From positions 2,905,527 to 2,969,526 of the forward strand of contig CAVNZM010000017.1 of assembly GCA_963693365.1 (NCBI GenBank): a DNA stretch of 64,000 nucleotides, given 5' to 3'. This document shows, one piece after another, positions 54,691-64,000 of this stretch. The stretch is from Amoebidium appalachense. Taxonomy: Eukaryota; Protista; Ichthyosporea. The first letter of the stretch is position 1, and each line of letters starts with the position of its first letter. The position numbers and the translations under genes are program-made. The notes under the pieces were generated by a model. That model saw only the letters and a list, made by a program, of their open reading frames with translations. It did no database searches and was not told where the DNA came from.

Positions 54691-55182
54691 GGGGGGGGGG
54701 GGGGGGGGGGGGCAACGGGTATGGTTGTTATTTTGTACATCCGCAAAAAGGTGAGGTGACCACGCTCCAACACCTTCTTTGTGCATAGGAAGTTCCATGC
54801 ACGATTTACGTGGGCGGGTCACCCAGCCACCTCTGCCAGGTAGCTGTACATTTGTGGCCAAATCAATGTAGGAGTGTGATTGTCGGACATTTTATGCAAG
54901 CTAAATCACGGCTCTCAGACGAGATAAGTTATGGTGTGTAAATGTTTGTACCCGGGACTGTATTGGTTTTACTGGACTTGAAACACGAACAAGTTATAAA
55001 TTGCAGATATCTCGGAAATCAGATATGATGATAATGTAATGTTCTACGGTAGAGACTATGTTGATAAACTGTTCACTACAACATGCCCGTGTCTATTCTT
55101 TTTAGGTGTGTATGCGTGTGCGCGAGTGTTGAAGTGCACGTATGTGTGTGTGTGCGTGTCAAATAGTGCGTGTATGCGTGCG

Positions 55183-55224
<42 letters not shown>

Positions 55225-55440
55225 GCATGTACGTGTGCGTGTCAAGAGTGTGTGTGCACGTGTGCGCGCGTGACACTGTGTGTCGAGTGTTGCGTACATG
55301 CGAAAAATCGTGTCTGTGTGTCGTGTGTTTGTCTCAGGGTTTTGTTGGGAGATTGGGGAAAGGGCGGGGTACAGTCTGAACATAGTTGGGATGCAGCGAA
55401 TTCGAACTGTGAGGTACGGTCACCCAACTCTACAGCTGGG

Positions 55441-55481
<41 letters not shown>

Positions 55482-56186
55482 AAAAAAAGGGGGGGGGGGG
55501 GGCTGGGTTGATGGGATAAAGGTATTATCCTTGACCATTGAGGGAACCAGTCCCGGCCAACACCGAAATCTTGTTTTAATATGTAAAAGACCCAGCTTTC
55601 ACAAAAGTTTAAAAAATCTTTTAGACCACTAATAAGTTGAATGAGGCCATTCACTATCATTTAGAAGTTACCGACCGAGAGTACGCGATTACACCATTCC
55701 TATGTCATCAATTACGCATTAATTAAGAAGGCATTAAAAACTAAAACGAATTATTAAGAATTTAAGATTTAAGAAGTATGAAACTAAAAAAAGTAGGAAT
55801 ATTGCAAACCCAGTCAAATCCCTTAAAGTTTGCATTAGCCCGACCCCCTACCCCACACCCCTTTTCATGCACAACACTTTCGGAACCCCAAACACTTTCT
55901 AGAGCTGACTTCCCCCCCAAAAAAACCACTCTATCTGGCAACATTTGGCCACCGGTCACACAAAGACAGGCCATTTGTTTGCCGTCTCCCTCCTCCCCCT
56001 CTCCCTCCCCCCCCCTCCCCCCCCTCCCCCCACCCCCGTCGCCCGCCCCATCACCCACCCCCCCCCCCCCTCCCCCCCCCCCCCCCAGAAACACCTCCCA
56101 TCCCGCCCACCTCCTCTCTTCTTAGTCTTTGCCATGTAACTAACCTCTCTCTCCTAGCCCAATTCCTCCCTTTCCCAAAACACGAA

Positions 56187-57350
56187 TCATACCGGTGTTT
56201 TCTGCTTCTGCAGAGACGTGCTGGACATAGTTGACCCCATCTTCATCGTCGACATCATAAACGGGCTGCTCATGTTCATCTTGCTGTTCTTGTACCACCC
56301 CTCCACCACCATCGTCTTCTTCGATCCGTTCGTTTTCGCTGCCTGCTCCGCTACCGCCCTTAACTGTTCCTGCGCCGACAGGCCTGAAGTCACGGGCCCC
56401 AAGTGTCTTAACCCTTTAATGGGTGTGCACGAAAACGAATTTACGATCCAAAATCCGTAATCCCGAACGGCGAGGCACACCCGCACCACCAAACTCGGGT
56501 TGGGGCGCATGCCGGGGCCCTCACCGAGCGCCCATTCGCCAAAATCACGTGACCTGCCCCCCTCGAGCCATTTCTCGCTCTCGGGCTCACCCTGCGAGTC
56601 CAACGGGGTCACATCTTGCATTCCCCGGTGAGAGAGTTGGTTGAATACTGCAGAGATGGAATAGAGTGCGAGGTTCTGCCAACCGCTCAGAAGCGCTGGC
56701 CATGAGCCATCTGTCATGTCCAAAAGAGAAGAAAGAGGCCAACGATACAAAAGGCAATCAGTATCTGCACGCGCGTTGAATTCAACCTCCATGAACCCCA
56801 CGCGAATGCCGATGGCATTGAGCACGGCAAGATCTAGAAGGTCGCCACTGCGTGCAGTGCGTTCCTCATCCTCAACCCCATGCACACATGTGCGGAAGGT
56901 GGCTTTGCCTTCGATGAGCAGGTACAGGCTGGCTCGGTCCGTGAGGATGACGTCACCGGCCTTCACGTGCACAAAGCTGCCCTTCTTCATGGCTTCCTCT
57001 GCCTCCCACTCTCTCATTCCCGCGCGGCGGTAGAGAAACCGTGCTAGTGATTTCTCGTCTTCCGACTTGAAACTTACTGGTTTTTGGTCGCATAGCAGAT
57101 AGTACAGCCCCCGAACGTGAATTATAAAACAAAGAATCCCCCAGGCCAACGCATCAGCGCTGTAGCGGGCAGGGCTTGAGTAGAGGTCAGGCCACGACGG
57201 AAAGCCGGTTGCGCTGTTCGCAATGATGAAAACGTAGGCCAACACTAGGCAGATGCGAATGAGTAAAACATCTTTCTCAAAGCACGCGGAGCAGAAGAAG
57301 AAGAAGCTGAAAAGTTGGAAGTATAGACTGCAAGGATCGAGTAGAACCAT
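56187..57350 (-). CDS. Popeye-domain-like membrane protein (three N-terminal hydrophobic helices plus a cyclic-nucleotide-binding-like domain), 387 aa, single coding exon
   Basis: Long non-repetitive ORF whose layout parallels BVES/POPDC: IRICLVLAYVF...DALAWGILCFIIHVRGLYYLLCDQKPVSF...LYLLIEGK...ARADTDCLLYRWP. The family assignment is by recalled similarity and no search was run. Confidence 0.75.
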   Translation of the reverse strand: MVLLDPCSLYFQLFSFFFFCSACFEKDVLLIRICLVLAYVFIIANSATGFPSWPDLYSSPARYSADALAWGILCFIIHVRGLYYLLCDQKPVSFKSEDEKSLARFLYRRAGMREWEAEEAMKKGSFVHVKAGDVILTDRASLYLLIEGKATFRTCVHGVEDEERTARSGDLLDLAVLNAIGIRVGFMEVEFNARADTDCLLYRWPLSSLLDMTDGSWPALLSGWQNLALYSISAVFNQLSHRGMQDVTPLDSQGEPESEKWLEGGRSRDFGEWALGEGPGMRPNPSLVVRVCLAVRDYGFWIVNSFSCTPIKGLRHLGPVTSGLSAQEQLRAVAEQAAKTNGSKKTMVVEGWYKNSKMNMSSPFMMSTMKMGSTMSSTSLQKQKTPV

Positions 57351-57709
57351 CTTTGCGCTCTTTCTATATACTATAACTAGGACTAATACTAGTGCTCTGG
57401 TTGGAGTGAGGGAGGAATGGTTTAGGATCCGCCCTTTCTGCCCTTTCTAGATATACGAGTTTCGTTTTTTGGCTAAGTGTTGTGAGCTCAGATCTCTGTG
57501 CATCAGTGTAGAGATCTATGTACCTTACCTAAACTCGTGGCTTCCTAACACTTAGAAAGAGCTGTGCTACCATGTGCCTGTTTCTTTGCTTAGTCAAGTG
57601 CCCAATGCTAAACCAAAACCCTTTTTCACATGTTCTCTTTTCTCTCGTGTCTCCTCTGCACAAAAACTTACTCGTCAGAAAACGGCTTTTGTAGTGACTC
57701 CTGCCAGCC

Positions 57710-57825
57710 TCTGATATTGGTAATGATCATGTTATGACGTCATGGTGCCTTCCTAGCCAATCCCCAAACTGCGGCAATAACTATTGCAGCCAATCGAATG
57801 TGCACAAAAGAGCGGACCAATCGTC
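57710..57825. promoter_or_regulatory. Putative promoter of the Popeye-like gene: CRE-like palindrome plus CCAAT cluster
   Basis: ATGACGTCAT at 57734-57743, three CCAATC at about 57757, 57790 and 57817, and ATTGG at 57716, roughly 370-470 bp upstream of the ATG. Confidence 0.45.
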
Positions 57826-58709
57826 TTGTTCAAACTTCAAAGCCAGTGCGCTGGGTATGGGACGCCACGGTGACTTGAAAACAGTGAAGCGTAGACAATT
57901 AAAAGTGCTTTTCACGTTATAGGACCTTTCTAACCATCACATTATTAAATAAAAATGTGTTGCTGCGATCTATAAAACGTTTTCGTCTTACTGAAACTCT
58001 GAATAGCAGTCCGTGTTCCTTTACGACAAACATGAGCATCGGCCACATTCCAGCAGTTCCATAAAAAAATTCCGATCAAGCAAAATCAATTGTTGATTGG
58101 ATACAAAATTTGTAAATAACCCAACCACAATCGCGTTTTTCGATCAGCGACCAATAGGAACACTTCGCGCCAAAAAGTTCGATGACTCGCGGTCGTTGTC
58201 TCGTTGAGTCTTCCACGTGTGACTCGGTCTTTCAGGAACATACACGTGTGAGGAGTCAGAACACCTATCCCAAAAGAGCATAAGTATAATATCGGATGGT
58301 TTGTTTCTCGCACCAAGCTACCAGCGGACAGCGTAGGTCACAGAGGTATATCCTGTGCTAGTTTTGGTTATACGGGTTATGCACTACATGTGTACATGTA
58401 CATGTAAAAAAAGTGTTAGCGGATCAATATCGAAATGTTGTGGCTGTGGGACAAACAAAAGGACTGGAAAAAAACCCGTGCCCAAGAGGAAATGGTGTTG
58501 ATCATAGTAGGGAGAGGGGCGGGGGGAGGGGGGGGGGAGGGGGGGAAGAAGAGAGGGGGGGGGGGGGGGGGGGGGGGGGCAAGTGGATGGGGACCTTGGG
58601 CCGTGTGGCAAAACTTAAGTAACACGTGCACATTTTTCTTTTCTTTTCTTTTCTTTTTCTTTTTCTTTTTTTTCCTTTTTTTTTCCCTTTTTTTTTTTTT
58701 TTTTTTTTG

Positions 58710-59115
<406 letters not shown>

Positions 59116-59125
59116 CCCTCCCCTC

Positions 59126-59167
<42 letters not shown>

Positions 59168-60101
59168 TCTCTCTCTCTTTAAGTAACCCCTCGCATCCCC
59201 CCCTATCTTCCCCTCCCCTCCCCCCCCCCCCCTCCCCCGGGCCCCGCTCGCCCCCCCTGCCCACCCCTCATCGGGCCCTCCACCCCTCCCCCACATATAT
59301 CCGTCCGTAACACATTGACAAGAAGTTGGCAAGTTGACACGCTATCGATATCAAGGACACATTGGCCATTAATCGACACCGTGTGTGCGTGTGTGTGTGT
59401 GTTAGTAAAGCCTGATTAAAGTACTTTGGTTCCTACGGAGGAAGTCAACTCGCACCTGATTGTACATACCTAGATTCCGGGGATCAAGCTCTTATTTTTC
59501 CCCTCGAAATTCATGACGGTAGACGCGGGAGTGCTGCTGATGATGGGTAATATCTTTGAGCAAACGGAGTCTGAGAAGGTTGAAAGGATATCGGAGAAAG
59601 GCTTGGGGCTTTAAAGGGGAAAAGAGTTGGTTTTACAAGTATAGTAAATTCTTTTCAGCAACAGTGTAAATTTACTGCCAGTTGCCCAGTCCGTGTGTGT
59701 GCCTCTGGGAGTCTGACACCTGTCTGATGGGTTTATAAAAGGCTTTAGCATTAATAATAAGAGGCGAGCTATCCCCACGGCAGATATTGTATTTGACTTT
59801 TAGTCATGCAGCTATTTACTGTACCTGAGCGGCACGCCCGAATACATGGGCCAGGTAACTGCTCTAGTGTTGGCAGATCAATGTGAGTGTTTGATTGTGG
59901 GACGAATACATATCTTATTGGTGGGGTGGTTGGGAAGGAGGGGAAGGCAACGTGTTAGCTAAGTAAAAAAAAAAAACCTAGGTCTAGGTATCAATCGTCT
60001 AAGTTCATCAAATTGCTTCCCTTGCATTCGTGATCTGCTCAATGCCTTCATGTTACACTTTTTTTTTTTTTTTTTAGCCATCAAAATGAAGTTCACCTCA
60101 T

Positions 60102-61050
60102 TGATCTACTCAGATGCTACAAAACCACCACCAACTCATGATCATCACCACCACCACATATTACAAGCACACATGCGGCATATTTGGCTGGTGAATTATG
60201 GGCACTTTGTTTTTCCTCCTCTTTCGCGTTTTTTTTTTTTTTTTTTTTTTTTTTACTCATCATAGTGAAGTTCACCTCATTTATTTAGAGGCTTTCTAGT
60301 AAGCGACGACCACACCAGAACTACCAAGTTGGCTGAAAGATTATGTCGGATGTTTTGAAGGGCCCAACCACATCGGTTGAGTCAACCTGCTCCGAGTAGA
60401 ATTATTCTGCAAAAAGCAGAATTATTTTGCAAAAAGCAGAAATATTCTGCAACAAGCAGAATCATTCTGCTAAAAGCAGAATTATTCAGCAAAAGCAGAA
60501 TTATTCTGCGGCCCGGAAAGCAGAGTCATGCTGCTAAAAGCAGAACTATTCTGCAAACAGCGTAATCAGTCTGCTTAAAGCAGAATATTCTGCTATAAGT
60601 AGAATTATTCTGCTGTCGAACGCAGAATAATTCTGCTTTTGCCTGCTTTTGCGGAATAATTCCGCTAAATTCAAAGCAAATTAATTCTGATAAAAGAAGA
60701 GTACTTACGCTCTTTGCTTTTTGCGGAATCATCCTGCTTTTTGCAGAATAATTCTGCTCGGAGCAAGTTGACTCAACCGATGTGGTTGGGCCCTTCAAAA
60801 CATCCGACACAATCTTTCAGTCAACTTGGTAGTTTGCGTGTGGTCGTCGCTTACTAGAAAGCCTCTAAATAAATGAGGTGAACTTCACTATGATGAGTAA
60901 AAAAAAAAAAAAAAAAAAAAAAACGCGAAAGAGGAGGAAAAACAAAGTGCCTATAATTCACCAGCCAAATATGCCGCATGTGTGCTTGTAATATGTGGTG
61001 GTGGTGATGATCATGAGTTGGTGGTGGTTTTGTAGCATCTGAGTAGATCA
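60102..61050. repeat. About 950-bp near-perfect inverted repeat whose core (60360-60793) is copy 2 of the foldback MITE
   Basis: The left arm starts TGATCTACTCAGATGCTAC and the right arm ends GTAGCATCTGAGTAGATCA. The arms match across about 300 bp, including the poly-T/poly-A. The ORF track shows the same spurious peptide (IYSDATKPPPTHDHHHHHILQAH) on both strands. Confidence 0.92.
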
Positions 61051-62439
61051 CCGAGGGCTTGGGGAGGGGAAAGGGGGAAGGGGGGGGTTGGGGGGGGGGG
61101 GGGGGGGGGTTAAGACCTAGACTAGACAACATAACCCAGGGAACGGAGTAAACGTTGGTGTGCAGCAGCTGACTCTGTGAGATAAACGTCTGTGAATCAC
61201 AAGCTGCAGGGGCGGGGGGAGGTGGGAGGAGGGGGGGCATGAAGTTCAAAAGAGGTCAAAGACGTTGCTGTCAACTGAACGGTGAAAGGGTTCAAGGATG
61301 GGAGTAAGCGCAAGGGGTTAAGGGGCCTGCCAGAAGGAAGAATTAAGGGAAATGTCACACTTGGTACTATATCTTTCAACCTCCCCCCCCCCCCCCCCCC
61401 CCCCCTTCCCCCCCCCCAGAGTGTTGACTATATCGTTGGGTTATCAGGAATCTGCCAATCGAAGGGCCAGCTAAGAAGAGAGAATGCGGGATGTGCTTGC
61501 GGCGGTTATTGTGGTTGGTGGTTGTGGGATATCAAGTGGAGGTGGAGGAAGGGGGCAGGGGGAAGGGGGGTGAGGGGGGGGCAGGCCCTGAAGGGTTGGG
61601 GGGGAAGGTGGGAGGGGGGAAAGACGTGGGGAAGGGGTGGGGGTAGGGGGAGGGGAGGGGGGGGGGGGGGGGGGGGGGGGGGGAGGGGGGAAGAGTGGGG
61701 CATTTGATATGAAACGTGGTGCGTGAGATTCAGAGCATTTAAGATTGACATGTACTTACAGGAGGCTTTATCTACCCTCCTCCCCCGCCATCACCACCAC
61801 AACCATCTCCCTACTGCCCCGGGCCTGCACACCAACACGTTAAACCATCAAGTGGCATTAAACAATGTACTAGGTGTTGCCCGTTGGTAGGTACAGTTAT
61901 GAGCGAACTTCAGCGAAAAAATTGAATGCGACCATGAGGTGGTGTGCACCAGCAATTGCGCAGATTTTAGGCGCAGTTTTGTCTAGGCAACCACTGCACG
62001 GGAGGGGGATTACCATGCACCTATAGCTTAGCCTAAGCGGGTCACCCAGACACAGCTATCAGGCAGATATAAACTTTAACCAAACGAAAGAACATACATT
62101 TAGATGCGTGATTGTGGAACATGTTTTACTACTTGTGAAGACGACGAACAGCAACGAGACAGCAACAAGAACGCTGCGGCATAGGAGGGGCCGGATTACG
62201 GGGGGAAGCGGAGGCGGGGGGGGGGGGGGGGGGGGGTTTGAACGTGAGGACACGAGTTGACCAGTGTTCTCATCATCCCTAAGGATCCAGGATCAGAGAA
62301 TTGGACAACAGATGCCGCACGTCTTCAGGGAGCAAGCGAACAATCAGCAAACTTTTTGCTGTGGCAGAAATCTCACTAGCGTATTTGTGGAAGGAGCGTG
62401 TAAACGGGAGGAAGAGGAGAGGGGGGTGGGTTTGGAGGG

Positions 62440-62476
<37 letters not shown>

Positions 62477-62853
62477 CGTCACAGAAAGTTTCTACAACCA
62501 AAATCTCACTGGAAGCTTTCCATGATCATTTGTAGACAACAAGTGTAAGCCAGCGGGCAGCTTGATTTTCGCACTAGTCTAACAACTGGGTGTTCTTCCT
62601 AAAGGGTTTAGTAAGATTGCAAGTAGGATAACTGAAGTAGGAAAAAAACAAAAGACATAACTCCGGGGGGGGAAACAGAAACAAAACCTCGAATTGTGGT
62701 GGCGTTGACGCAAACAAACAAAAAAATATTTGAGTTGTAGAAGGTTGCAAAGAGAACACACGGGGGATGGGGGGCAGGCGGCCGGGCTTTTTTTTTTTTG
62801 GGGGGGGGGGGGGGGGGAGTGACAGAAATGGAGAGGGTGTGAGGGAGGGAGTG

Positions 62854-62885
<32 letters not shown>

Positions 62886-62948
62886 CAAGCAAGAGAGAGG
62901 GGGTGGGGTGGGGGGGGGGGTGGGGGAGGGGGAAGAGAGAGGACGGGG

Positions 62949-63044
<96 letters not shown>

Positions 63045-63139
63045 CTGAGAGAGGGGGGGGGGGGGGAGAGGGAGAGAGAGAGAGAGAGAGACAGAGAGGG
63101 GGGGGGGGGGGGGGGGAGAACGAGAGAGAGCGAGCGAGA

Positions 63140-63317
<178 letters not shown>

Positions 63318-64000
63318 CCCCCCAGGCCTCTTGCAGGTGAATTTTTCGATTCTCCATCCCTTCCACGCCAACCCCCTTAGTTAAATGAAAAAATGTTGTG
63401 GCTTCCATGCAGATAAGATGGCACAATGTATGTTTTTGTTTGGAGCCGACTACTTTCATCAGATACCTAAGACAAATCATGGAAAAGTAGCCTTCCGATC
63501 GTTGAAGAATGGGTGTCTAAGATACTTAATATTGTGTTTGTCGTTACAGTGCTGTAGGGTGCGAGGAGGTCCTGGAAAGGGGTGGGAGAAGAAGAGGGGG
63601 ATGGGGGGGAGGGGAATGGGGGAGGGGGGGGGAGGAGGAAGGAAAGGGGGGGGGGGGGGGGGGGAGAGAGAGAGAGAGAGAGAGGGAAGGTAAGACTTAA
63701 AGCCTCAAACGGGGAGCTATGTCCCCCTTTACCCAATCTCCCCGGTTCCCCAAACCACAAGATAAACTGGAAAAATTAGATAAATTAGTAGAAAGAAAGA
63801 ACTACTGACAGAATCCTTAAAGGTTGTATTAGCCTGCTAGCAGCTGAGTTAACTTCGGCAATAAACATATGAATGCGAACCCGGCTGTGTGCACCAGCAA
63901 CTGCTACGATAGCCTTTGCAAAGCAAGTGCTCGCTCGCACTGCATGAGAGTCACCATGCATATATAGCTGGGCGGTTCACCCAACCACAACTACAGGTAG

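Overview
Eukaryotic, intron-rich genomic DNA. It looks opisthokont/holozoan-like by inference from ARPC4 and NOP2, but the species cannot be identified from the sequence. Introns and intergenic DNA are full of (CA)n/(TG)n, (CT)n/(AG)n and poly-C/poly-G runs, so almost all ORFs in the supplied track are spurious. Manual splicing gives six protein-coding genes: a ZRSR/URP minor-spliceosome factor (+, 10 exons), a small prothymosin-like acidic nuclear protein (-), NOP2 (-, 16 exons), ARPC4 (+, head-to-head with NOP2), a bacterial-type Cds1-like PLP cysteine synthase/desulfhydrase with a possible mitochondrial presequence (+, 10 exons), and an intronless Popeye-domain-like membrane protein (-). 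NOP2 carries a U12-type AT-AC intron and two apparent homopolymer frameshifts. Notable non-coding structure includes: 3' splice sites in which (CA)n replaces the polypyrimidine tract, sometimes with complementary G/(TG)n at the 5' end of the same intron; intronic copies of neighbouring exon junctions; an intronic repeat with hammerhead-like core segments; a retro-insertion with a 15-bp TSD; a TTAA-flanked MITE; and a foldback MITE family, one copy of which sits at the centre of a ~950-bp palindrome. Exon coordinates were read by eye and need RNA-seq confirmation.
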